From: Phoronis australis
Lineage: Eukaryota; Animalia; Phoronida
Reading direction: 5' to 3'
Assembly (NCBI GenBank): GCA_002633005.1
Contig: NMRA01000019.1
Coordinates: 235,555-299,554 of the forward strand
DNA length: 64,000 nt
The notes under the pieces are model-generated. The model did not search any database. It had not been told where the DNA came from and worked only from the letters and a program-made list of their open reading frames with translations. The number at the start of each line of letters is the position of its first letter. Positions within the stretch are counted from its first letter, which is position 1. This document shows positions 24,560 through 37,100 of the stretch, one piece after another. Both the position numbers and the translations under genes were made by a program.

Positions 24560-25150
24560 CAACACTGTTTCAGTCTATCCTGAGATCCACAGGACTTTGA
24601 ATGACTATTGACAAAACAGAGGAAAATTTTCCAATTCCAAATGATGTATAGTTCCACAAATAAATAGGCTTGTGCGATAGAAACATTTTTTGTGTTGTAA
24701 ACTTTAACTGAAATAAACGTTTTTGCTGATAAAAAGAGACCAAATAGAAGAAGTTGGAAATCGCATGAGAGGAAATCGAAAATGATACATAGGAAAATTC
24801 CAAGACCTGAATCCATGTACAAACAGCAATGGTAAAAACTGCAAGCATATATTTCTAAATCATGACTTTATTTAAATTATGAAATCATAATATCTCCATT
24901 TCAATTTTATTTACAAGACACTAAACAACTTATTTTGATTCTGGACACAAGGCCTAATTGGACATTCTGCATTTTTACCAGTACACCAATCATCGTAATT
25001 ATGAAGACAATCTCGCAAACAATTAAACAGATTATTAAAATGTCCATATTTAAGACACCTAATGTTATAATTCGGATGGCTTTGCGTGTCTTTTGTGTTT
25101 GACGCATTGAACAACAAGAATTCAGAGTAATTCAACCAAAGCACTGGTTA
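24560..25150 (-). mobile_element. Degraded 3' fragment of a CR1-group LINE
   Basis: Frameshifted peptide QKTRKAIRIIT...HFNNLF...IWN resembles the C-terminal QK(K/R)AIRII...LF motif of CR1/Crack-type ORF2. Confidence 0.45.
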
Positions 25151-25505
25151 CTGATTAAACTAAAAGACATTTTCAATCATAAAACTTTTCCGAGCTCTCT
25201 ATACAGCGATGTATATACAAATGTACATTTAAAGCAAGTGAAAAATTTATACCTTATTGCACTATCCATGTTGTGTACAATAAGTTTTCTACATCCGTTC
25301 AAAAACAGGAACATCTCAGTGACAGTTCACCATTACCGACACGATTGCCATATTTACACATGTGAAAATTGTATAATCTCCGTGTTAAATAGGCGTGTAA
25401 CGTACACACGTTTCCGCACTTCTACACAGGTTCAACAGGCCGCTATACACTAGAGACAATCACTGCAGGCTGCGCAGGTGAAACCTGCATCTCCTTTACT
25501 GTTCA

Positions 25506-25659
25506 TAGTCGGATCCAGGGGGTCAAGGCGGCCCGGACCCCCCCTTTCCCCTTGATTGTAGTGATAGAAAATATAGAGTTTTAAGATTGTTGACTTAACC
25601 CCCTTTTTAAAAAAATCCTTAATCTAACCCCCCTTTTAAAAATCCCGGATCCGCCTCTG
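25506..25659. mobile_element. Short MITE-like element with GGATCC-containing termini
   Basis: CGGATCCAGGGGG...CCCGGATCCGCCTCTG inverted ends; related ends at about 17644 and 49650. Confidence 0.5.
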
Positions 25660-26544
25660 CTGTTACCGTTGAAAAGGGAAATCAAGATATTAGCTAATTA
25701 AAATTAACTGAGAGTTTAAAAATGAGATAACCGTATCAATACATTTGCAAGGCTAAATTTTAGAAGGACTGATCACTAAGTCTTCTGATTTTGTCATATC
25801 ATTGAAAGGGAATTTTTGAGAGCGATCTCATAACTAGGGTAAATGTCTAGTTTAATTTTTCGGACTTGACAGTAGGAAATGCATTTTCATGGCAGTGACG
25901 TAAACACTATAAACGAGCAATTTTACAAAAACAGATCACAGTTCGATAGGAAATCTGGCACGAGTTCCTTTGGTCTCACGGATTTTGGGAACCTGAGTTG
26001 CGTTCTGTAGAACTCAAGAGACTGGCAAGCAAAGCTAGACTGGTGGCGATATATTGCGAAAACTTGCGTGGTCTTGCGTTTTCGTGATTTTTTTGCGAGA
26101 ACGGAAAGCAGCTTTCTTTGATCTCTGTTATTTAATAGAGGAAATTGGTACTCAAAATTCGGGACCCCTATAAGCGGCTCTGTCCGGAAATTTCATCATC
26201 CTGGCGCACGTTCCTTGGACGCGATAACCTCTCGAAAACGCAAGACTTCGCGAGATATCGCCATGCATTACAAACGAAGCACATTATCACTCTAGCTTCC
26301 TTAGTATCGTTTCTAGTAAACGCATTTCCAACATCACATTCATCCATCGATCCACCAGCTCAGCATTCTTCTGCAGGTTATCGCAAGGTGATTATCTCAC
26401 TCCTTTTGTACGAAGACACAATGAACACGTGTTCAAATGTATTCACTTAAGATCCAAACAATGCTTAGAACATTGTAACATCTTTGTTCAATTTTACGAA
26501 TTTTTGAATCTCGCATGGATGCAACATCATCTGAAGTAAGAAAT

Positions 26545-28104
26545 CTATGCGTTTCTTATTGGACTTCCTTTTAAGTCTAAAAAGTCCATTTCATCCAAAT
26601 TTGTCATGTAGAGATTGTTTGGTTTTGGCTTGTGATAACTGCCTCCATTGAACGTTCTTGAGCTCGAGCGAGACGCTTGGAATCGCGTCTTGCGTTTATG
26701 AATCAATTGCATAGCAACGATAGTAATTATTAGCGTCCCCAAAAATGTTCCAGCTATGGCGCCTATGAATTGGGTTAAGGTAAAGTAAGTCGAGTCAAAA
26801 ATGGAGGATGACATCTCCGAGCGGTTACTTGTTTGAACCATGCCGTCTAAGCGTTCGTCGCCGTTAACGCGCGGAGATGTGGCGTCAGCCTTTCCGCGGC
26901 GGGTTGACGTCGAAAACAACGTGGAGGACGACTGAACAGGTGAGCTCGTGTCACGTGCCGGCCACGTAGTTTGAGATGGACCCCGTTTAGGCCAAACAAA
27001 GTTCATATTCAGTGTCACTTCGCCAGCACTGTTGCTTGCCAAACACTTGTACGTGCCCGTTCTGGCGTCAGAATCCAAATTTAAAATTGCTACATTTTTC
27101 ACACTTTCACCCTCCTTGCTGGCGGGTGGTGGATTGAACCTAACCTTCTGCCCACCGGGATTAACCCAAGTGATGACGGGTGGCGGGTCACTTGCAGCCC
27201 CGCATTTGAGATAACCTCTATCACTTTCAATCTGTACGTCTATTTCGTCAAACTTCGGAAGTTCACATTTAAGTTCGTATTGTTGGATTCTGTCAAACGT
27301 TCTGTCTCGAAATTTAGAAGGCGAAGCGCACTTGGGTTGCAACTGATCTTCGAAGATCCTTCGGTGGCTGTCGTAAAATATCTTAATCCAATTTGTATCG
27401 CAGCTACAATGCAGCGGATTACCACCGAGGCGGAGAACTTTAAGATTTTTAAAAAAGTCCTCGATTCGTGGTTCGAACCGTTCGATTCTATTATCATCTA
27501 ACCACAATCGCCTGAGACTTGTGTTCAGGGGTCTCAAAACGTCTGCTGGCAGTACATCCAACGTACATGAGTTTAAATACAATCCGTTGGTCGACAGGCC
27601 TCCAAAGGCATTTCTATCCAGTTCTAATCCTCCGTTGCCATTTAGGAAAAGATCCGTCAGGCTTAGACCTGCAAAGGTATTAGCCTCGATCAAACGGATT
27701 TTGTTGTCACTCAGATCTAGTAGTTCTAATTCTACCAAATCACTGAATGTTCCCGGACTAATAACTTCTATTCCACAGTGATTCAAGTACAACTTCTTCA
27801 GAGATCGAAGTCTTGTAAAATTGGACCGCTGCAGAAGCGTGTTTCTGAAATTATTTTTTAGCAGATACAACGTTTCTGTGTTGGATGGAATACCGTCGGG
27901 AATTCGGTCTAAGTTTTTATCGTTACATCGAACTACATGAACGCTACAAAGACACGCGCTGGGACACGCGTCTGTTGCCGTGGCAATGTAGAGAAGCAGG
28001 AAAAGTAAAAACGACGCAATTCGAGATGGTTGCGACGAAGTTATGGAACAGTAGTGCATCGACGTGAGGGGCCCGTGAGGCTGCAAGACATCAGATAACG
28101 TCAT
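26545..28104 (-). CDS. Single-exon LRR + Ig-domain type I membrane protein (LIG family; LRRC4/LRRN/Kekkon-like), up to 519 aa
   Basis: Hydrophobic signal peptide ending ATATDA; LRRNT CPSACLC...VRC; about 6 LxxLxLxxN repeats; LRRCT NPLHCSC...PKCASP; Ig domain LKCGA...ITW...GTYKCLASN; Ser/Thr stalk; TM FIGAIAGTFLGTLIITIVAM; basic stop-transfer sequence and short tail. Confidence 0.95.
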   Translation of the reverse strand: MTLSDVLQPHGPLTSMHYCSITSSQPSRIASFLLFLLLYIATATDACPSACLCSVHVVRCNDKNLDRIPDGIPSNTETLYLLKNNFRNTLLQRSNFTRLRSLKKLYLNHCGIEVISPGTFSDLVELELLDLSDNKIRLIEANTFAGLSLTDLFLNGNGGLELDRNAFGGLSTNGLYLNSCTLDVLPADVLRPLNTSLRRLWLDDNRIERFEPRIEDFFKNLKVLRLGGNPLHCSCDTNWIKIFYDSHRRIFEDQLQPKCASPSKFRDRTFDRIQQYELKCELPKFDEIDVQIESDRGYLKCGAASDPPPVITWVNPGGQKVRFNPPPASKEGESVKNVAILNLDSDARTGTYKCLASNSAGEVTLNMNFVWPKRGPSQTTWPARDTSSPVQSSSTLFSTSTRRGKADATSPRVNGDERLDGMVQTSNRSEMSSSIFDSTYFTLTQFIGAIAGTFLGTLIITIVAMQLIHKRKTRFQASRSSSRTFNGGSYHKPKPNNLYMTNLDEMDFLDLKGSPIRNA

Positions 28105-31100
28105 CCTCTTGAAATCAGTGCGTACTCTCTGTCGTTCACTTACCTATTCATTATAACATCAAAGTTTTCCGTCAAATTGCCCAGACAGTTTGCCAATAAA
28201 TAGTTATGGAATACCTTTAAGACTTCAAGTTGGCAAGAAATTTAATTCCCTTGTTTCCTTTTCACTTAACTCTCCAAATTATGATGCAGCAATTAATACT
28301 GGCAGAGGCGACACCGATCCAGGGTATCAAGAGTCTTGTAATTAAAACCCAATTGTCTCCGCCGATGTTTTCCAGCTGACAGTATGTTAAATCTGTGTTG
28401 TCTGGTCGGTGCAGTATGCATGTACATATTCATCAGATTAATACCGATATTAAAATGACTTGGTTGATAACTCTGAAAACACGTGCAGTAGCAAGGAGCA
28501 ACATCAAGAATGTTTTAACAACTCGATGTGTATTTCGTTGATAAGACAGTCTTCCAATGTTCCGATGTGTCCTCGCACTGATGTAAACAGAACACAAATC
28601 CTTCAACAAGGCTATTAGCCGAAATAACTGTTTATACACTGATGCCACCAAACGCAAACTGTGAAATCATTCGGTATCCAAGGCGGTTTCACAGCAGCCG
28701 ACAGCAAGCGACAAACTATGCATCCAGCCACGATTTATACACAACCTCTCGCTCATCCAAACACTCTATGAATGACGTATTTCTTCACTTACAGGAACTT
28801 GGTATCTTTTAATCTCCCCAAAAGTTGCGGTAGACTCAAAATGAATGACTTCACTGGTTTGAGAAAAGCCAGAAACCAGCAAGATTCCAACTATCTTACT
28901 CAATATTCTCTGAATGCTTGTTGTGGTGTTCTGTTAGACTGGCATTATGACCATTTGGCGGCTGTATCCGGCACCAACCAAATGGCTTATCGGCGAGATT
29001 CAATAAACTGCGGCCGAGTGTCTCCAACTACGAGTTGGAAAACGCATTTATTAAGAAGAGTGGGCACTTAGATGCGTCACATATGATCCTCAGTCAGATA
29101 AAAAGGCACGCCTGTCATTGCATACGCGTGTTTTGTCCCTAAATATATCGCTCCGCTTATCGGGTTAAAATTTTGTCGTCTCTGGTCACACCGCGCTGCG
29201 TTGCAATGGCCGTCTTGTCAAAACGTTGTCACGCTATGAATGTGGGATTGACAAAGGTAGTCGATCAGATTACTATCTTCCACGGAGGGCGTCCCGTCAT
29301 CACACTACGACAAAACAGATGGCTTACTCAGTATGATTGGACGACAACATCCCGAGTAGACAACATCACACTTGACGAACTTATTTCCTTCTTATTAACA
29401 GTTTTGAGTACTGCATGCGGTTGATACTTTCAGTTCTAATTTTACCTTAGAAGTCCGGAATTTCCTGAAAATAGAATAAAATTCAATAAAATATAATGAA
29501 CTTTGAAATTCAGAAAAAAATATACAAAGGGATCATTCAAGATCGTGTTTTGTTGGATGCGTTCTTTTCCGAGAAGAATTTGGCAGAGTCTAGTGGCATC
29601 TACATACGTCTGCCGCAAAACAGAATAATGCATTGCACATACCACGTTAACTTAACAGATAAGCATAAGTACTACATGCTATATCGTAAAGAACATTTTC
29701 CACGTTTATCTAAAAACGGGTCAGATTGCTTCATTAATTAATGGCTAACAAACCACTGGGCACTTTTCCCTCCTGGGAGTATTTCGATTTTGACCTCTGT
29801 CCCCCGGAATGTTATTACGAATAGCAACCAACACGCATCCAACATAACCTGCTTGCTTGATGAATCAAGGCTGTAATGAAATTTCTACAGATCAGAGGGA
29901 GGTGTCTTCCGCGAAAACAAAGTTAAGCCTATAGATACGTTCGATCCAACATATGAGTGAAAACCATAGCAGATCTTAGCCTTCTGCACTGGTCGTCGAT
30001 GGATTTTAGTTGGCTTGAGTGAAGTGACTGGTAAAATAATTCAATTGGAACTCGTCACAGTTAATTAAAACAAAAAATAACGAGATCATCTTTAGGAGCA
30101 TTGAGAGTTCACAATCGGTTCTTGTAAAAGTTGAATTGATTTAACCAAGTCCTTGGTGGAAAGTGGATTCCCGATGTGTAAATCTAATCACAGAATTAGC
30201 CCAGTGATAGCTTATCACGGATTGTACACGTTCGCATCAAGGGGGCGCATGTATAGTAAGGCACAGCAGAATCTTAAGAGGGTGAACACCTCGTAATACA
30301 AATGCTACAGTTATAGTCTGAAATGTGAGAATTAATAAGAACAATGCGTTCCTGGTAGACCTATGCCCTTATGGCTAATATTTCATGGTTTATTCGGAAA
30401 TTGGACAATTAGTGTAGACTCGCAAGTCTAAGCACTCGGCGTCAGTTTTAGAAGACATTTAGCTATATTGCCAGATTTTCTCATCTGGCAACACTTTTTT
30501 ATAATAACTTTATATCCACGAGTAACTTAAAAGCACCGAGAACACAGCCACCATAATGTTTATACAAATGAGCCACAATAAAAATTGCATTAAAATCCCA
30601 CGTATCTAGATCATGAAAAGACTCCATTAATTACAACATTTCCATACACAGTTAGTACTCCATCGACAGGCCGTTAAGACGGCGTTTTTCATTTGCCTAT
30701 TGTTACTGCCCTGGGGTTGACCAACTCCACAAGTAGCCTACCAAACGAATCCTGGGTAAAATTCGAATTGTAATCGACTGTTCCAACTGTCTTGTTCCAC
30801 TGTAGAGGAATGGACCTGATTGGCAACAATTACACAGCACGCTGGAAGATGGATGAATTCTAAATGTTGAGTCAGGGTATCATCCTTCCGTTATCTAAGT
30901 ACTGAAGTAGACGTTCTTGCCGTTTGACACCCCTGATATTAGGACTTGTAACTGATAAGTTGAAGTTAGAACAAGTTATCTCTAATCGAGAGATACAAAG
31001 TCAAGAATCCAGGTACATTGGAAGCGCCACGACCAGTCGTGATACAGGTGAAGTGAAGGGTCTTAAAATCAAATTAATCACCAAACGAAAATCGATTTGT

Positions 31101-34100
31101 AAGCGCCGAGGGAGTCTCGAACCTCATTCTTAAATCAACATTGGATTTCTTGTACAAAAAGGGAGATTAGCGTGGCACACCTCACGGTGCCGACCCGTGT
31201 TATTTTAGTAGGGATATACAAGAATGCTCACATTTGCTTACACGTTTGTTTACAAGAAAGTTCAGGCTTTGACACTTTAATTATGATATAGGAGTAAAAA
31301 TCGATATAACATGCTCCAGCTTTTATCATAAAGTGGTTTAATTGACCACAAAGGTCTTTGTTAATTTTCAATTTGTTTGCGTTCCAGTGCTACGAACAAG
31401 GACCGGTTGACGTATTTTTATATCTACTATTTGCGTACCACAGGGCTACCATGTTTTACAAAAACAATCGATTTGTATTTTGACCAGAACATCCAAAATA
31501 TATTTTCTACGAATTCCTGACATACACGACATCCACTAACAACACCACGTTGTTGAATAATTCTGTCACCGTTACTATAGTAATTAAACGTAACGTGAAT
31601 GACCACTTATCTTTGATGGAAAGCAAATAATGACAACGTAGAATGTTGTCTTCAGTAATCGCCGACGTATATATCACTCAGTCAGTTACCTTCACAAACT
31701 GAGCGCCAACGAGTGGCATTTATAAATCACAACTTCAAAAGGTATAAACAAAATTTCGAACAGGTAATGGTGTAATAAGGAAAACTAAAAATAACTCAGA
31801 GATTACACGCTTCCTTTACAAGAGCGCGCAGATCTAAGAAGGACAAAATAAGATACACATATTGAGACAATTGTGAATACAATACACACTACAGCTTCCG
31901 CAGACGAAAGATCCAAATTGTATCCGTAAGCTGCGACCACATCCTACCAGGTGGTGAGCACGAGGACAGAGCTCAGAGAAGGCAATACACTACATTATTA
32001 ATAGAAAAAAATGCCAAAATAAAACCCGAATGAGGGGCTTGGAGAAAGAATTGAATGTAGATTACGAAAAAATTGAAAAAAAAGAAAAATGTGAAAACCA
32101 ATGTGAAATTCGTTAATAGTACTAAAATTAGTCATAGAGTTAGTTAAAATCAAGACTGATCCATTATTGCAATGCATTTCGGTCGAAAAATCATCTTTCT
32201 TCTTCTATGAATACGTTGATGTATAAACACATTGGTTACTAACATTTGGGTGTCTTGGTCTTACCTGAAACGGTCAACAAAATTCCCACGCTGTGAAGTT
32301 ATCAACGGACTTCAAGAGAATTCAGACAAATTGCCACCCAGGCACCACCAGACCACAGTAGGATTAGCAAAATGCAATGACCAAGTCAACATACATGTAG
32401 AATGACAGTCATCAATGCTCGCCGGACCAGCTACTGTCTGCTTTTAGTTTATGTATTCACTTTACGCCGTCTGGGTAATATTGCTAATAGTTCAGTGATA
32501 AGGAGCCTGGACGATTCACGCTGCGCAGAGACATTGCTCACAGTTGAGCGAAGGTAGAATTAATTTCAACAAACATCTAAGTGGTGGTTAATAGCGCGTA
32601 ATGATACATAATCCTGGCATATTCTTAATCTAATAATTCGATAGTCCTGGAGGAAGCCGCGTCTCTATACGCCACGGCGTCCCCGTCATACGAGTCTCAC
32701 AAAGATGTATGCATTTTTGTTATTACGCATTGCTATGTTACACAACATAAGGAATGTGACTCTATATTTAATATCGAATTAGTACAGATTATCCAAGAAT
32801 ACAATGAGTCGATTTTTCCGCAATTTAAGTAATTAGATTGGCATACAGACTTTGTGTCGACAATATTAATGCTGTCACCGAGTTTTGTTATTCACCTCCG
32901 TTCCTCCATGTTGGAGTCAGTGGTCTTAGAAGAAACTAAAATACACTGCGTCCACATAGTCTGATAACTGGTCGACGGCATTTTCTTACAAATTACTGGA
33001 CGCTCTTACACAACATTAAAAAATATCAGTTTTACGCCGCATGAAGTTGTCAATACAAAACCATGCCGGTTTAATTGGCAAACCGTAAAGATGGTGTATA
33101 ATTTGGGACGATTTAAAGCACCAAGCATATTTGTACTGATAAGAGAGAGGGGGAGGAGGAGGAATATTCTTCAACAATCCTGTAGCATATGGATGATGCT
33201 GACATGCAAGAATGAGACGAACCGATAGCCTGTTTTCTCAAAGCAACATCATTCCACCAGTTTCTAAATCTGAGGTAGAGTAAATTCGTTTTAGCAATTT
33301 TCACTTCGGGCAATAATTAAACTAACTCATTTTAATCCCTGTCTCTTCACTGAGTGTTTATAATTAAACCTCCTAAAGTATTTCAACCTCTTAAATATTT
33401 AAATATGGTCGAGCAAACGCAAGGTTTCTAGACCTTAGGGAATAACAGCCATGTGTTTGACGTTATGTCAATTACGTCACAGGTTCTAGCTAGTAATGGT
33501 TATATTGTGCTAATAAGTTAAGCATGCTGCGACGGGGCTAATACTGTAATAATCAATTTTAACATGTCAGGTAATGTACTAAACTACAATACCCAAAAGC
33601 TGGATTGAATAAGTTAAGTTTAAAAACTGCTTGTCCTCTGAACGCAATCGAAGACTACAAACTGTTGTGACTGGAGAGCATTGTGTTTGAAGAGTTCTGT
33701 CGATGAAGGAGAATCGCAACTCATCAGTGTCTAGAGAACAACAGCATTGGTAATTGCAGGTACATTCAAATATGAAGTCGCCGATTTAAATAAAAATTAT
33801 GGATGTGCTTAAAATTTTTTACCCAAAAGAAACACACACATTCCAACATTTCCAAAAAATATTTTCACGAACACGAACTAAAATTTCAATAAATACAATC
33901 ATTGGTACACGTTTAAATAATACCACTGCGAGGGTAACTTTAATTCGCTCATGGGGGTCTCATTTGGTTCAAAACGTGTTAGGGATCCGCACAGCTGTTT
34001 CTTATATAGTTTAATTCGTAATCAGCCAACAAAACAGTATGGTAAACCACGTCGCTACTTATAGTCTAAGTAGTCAAAATTTAACAATAACACTGAACTT

Positions 34101-37100
34101 ACGTCGTTTGGCTAGCCTGAAACGGTCTTGCTGAAGACACGCACGCAGTCAGTAATTTTTATAAGTAGCTGCATGACTGCGGCTTCCGCTGTACAAAATG
34201 GTTACGACATTGTACGTCGAGTGTACACAGCGCACTGGCTAAAGTCTTAAGCTAATAGAATAAATAGGTTGAAGTAAAAGTAATGATTGAATAGTTATAT
34301 TGAAAGATCGTTCCTTGTATGGTCTCTCCGCCATTATAAACAATCACAGCTACTCACCAAAATAGACTCCGGTCCCCAGATGTCTCGTAACCCGCAGCAA
34401 GGCGTTAACTACTACTGCGGTCATCGTTACAAGCTCTAAACAGCTATCGCGAATAATACGCAATACGGCCACAAGAAAAACTATTAAGGTATCAAATGGA
34501 AGCGCGCCCACCTCACAATAGACAGTGTTTTCCCTTCGACGGTGAAGTCTTTGACACTCTATTGTAAATTACGCGAATAGATCCGAGCGTGTAGATTTTG
34601 TGTTAGCAAGAAACGGGAAGAGATGTCCAGCTTGTGTTCAATGTTTGTTTGAACACACTGACGTTATCAATTAGGAATCACAACTTACAGCCAGGTTGTG
34701 TTTAGTGTGTTTGCGCAATGATTGAATACACAATCGCAGGTACCGAGGTCCGTTACAGACTGTCTATTAGTCATGTATTCCGGGTCAGAGCGAACACGCA
34801 AAAACTGTCGAACTCAGCTGCGTAAGCTAAAATAACAGAAGACTACCGTTCACGTGTGCAGTTAGTTTGAATGAACACGTGGATTTAACAAATGTGAGAA
34901 AACAGCCAAAACGTGTGATTGTGTCTCCTTTGATCCGTCGCGATGTATTTTTCTACACAAGACATCAATTATTCATCCTCTTACACATTTTAATACTTTT
35001 AATGTTTGGCCTCAGAGTCGTTTTGAGCACTACCAGACGATTAACTACCAAAATTTATGAATTCCTGTAAATGGATAAACGATGTTTGCTATTATTGAAT
35101 TCTGATGAGAAAAAATCCCAGAAAAATCGGGCCTGTATGAGGATCATGGTTAATTCAGGCCATTAGCTTTTACTCAAATTTACCCTTCGCATTAACTTCT
35201 TATAATAAGCTTAATTGGAGAGCTTTCAACTCTGTGCTAGAAAAACATACGGCGCACATGTTCATATGTTACCGTTCTCATGACGGGCGCTCGAACTGTT
35301 TGAATTCTTCGAGTGGAAATTCGTGTAGAGTAACATTGTCATAATTCACATTAAAAACATGTCGAGACGGTGCTTTCAGCTTTTGAACTTCATAGAAGGA
35401 CTTAGGCGATAAGTACTCGACCGAAAGGTGAATGCATGCAATGCCATTCAGTAACATTGGTCTTTTCTTAATGACCAGAGGGTGGTTGGATTTCAACCGC
35501 GGGGTGTCGCTAATACACATTGTGAAAGATAATCCTCCATTTTGGACATGTTTCACTGCATCTCCTTTGGTCATTTCTCTCTCTCAGTAAGGTGACCTAT
35601 TCGTGTAACAAGGAGACGGACTGCTTTGCTTTACATCTCCATTATAATTGAAACTGTTTACTATTATTCCAACAATCACGTCGGTTAAATGTATCCATTT
35701 CATTCATTAACTGAAGAGAAATATACACTTTTGGATTTAATTATTATATTTTAGAAAATAAAAGAAACAACAGTTAATCTCTTGGAGTACGCTGGTGGAC
35801 TCAAAATAAATTAAAAGTGTGCAATCTAATTTTGTCGCAATCATGGTCATTATTTACTTGTGTAAAATTCATGCTCAGACAATAATATTTTAATTTAAAA
35901 CTAATACAAAGGGGCCTTGCGCTACAGTGTTACCAAACGCGACTTCTTCACCTTATATTTAGTGTCAGAACAATCTTCTTATACCGTTGAAATTGAAATT
36001 AGCCAGAAGCAGTTTCTAATTAGTTGGCAACAAACCCAAGACCATTCTAAATACGTTCTAATGGGGTTTCACTACGATAAAAGAATGGGGCTGTATGAAC
36101 TCTGCGATGAGACAACTATGATCTAATCGCCGCCGACGACAGTAATGCAGCTCCGCTTTTGTTACCTTTTGAACTGATTACCAGAGATTTGCCAGAAGCG
36201 AAATTCAGTCTTAATGCACTCCTTATTTTGTGACAGATTTATCTTACGGTTTATGGTGACGATACGATGTTTTGACTAAGTGATAAAGCATCAATGGGTA
36301 CAACAGTTTGTCAACATGAGACGCTGGAGTTCAGGTTTGTTGCGAAATGTATGACTCGTCGTTGGTTAATGTAGGCGGATGGCAAGACTTACAATAAGCG
36401 CTACTAAGTATGAAGATAATATTTAAAGAATATTGTGCGTCCGATTTTTGTACTTTTCCTATGACGTTCCAATGAACCAACATTCACATTGACCATCTGA
36501 CACTTTTCGCTGTGAAACCATTAAATGAATGTGTACAAGTCATTCCTACAAGTAGCTTTATCGATCACAATTTTATTACATGTGTAGAAACACAGTTTTA
36601 TAGAATTTACCCGAGTTATGACTTTTTGAACACGGAAGCAGGTTATTATGACGCCAAATGGTTTCGATGCATTCGTTCTTTGCATAAAACGTCTTAATGA
36701 TCTATCGCGATAACGGAAGACAATTATATGCAAAATGACTTCCTAGATGAAAGGAACATTTAACAAGCGGCACTCTACAAATTTCACATTTAAAATCCAT
36801 AGCATAATATTTAAACTTTTCGCAGTTCTCGACTATTTACCTTTGGACAGCTCTCTGCTCTCAAACCGTTAATACCTGGCAGACAAAACGCACGTGGTTT
36901 CACTGGAGTTTGTAAAACACCGCAGTAACGACTAAATGCAGTTATGAAAATCAAGTCTCCCCACCACATCCTTCCATTTGACTTTATGTATCTGCCTAAC
37001 TTCGTTAATTTTGACATTTGCTGCGTAGTCGGCCAACTCGTCTGCCCAACATTTGTCGTATTCTTTCCGTTTTATCTGAAACAGCCAGTGGTAATCTATT

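Noticed and set aside
27032-28067. Several short ORFs overlapping the LRR-Ig CDS
   Set aside because: Alternative-frame or antisense shadows of the real CDS
35278-35574. 98-aa minus-strand ORF
   Set aside because: No domain signature and no partner exons identified
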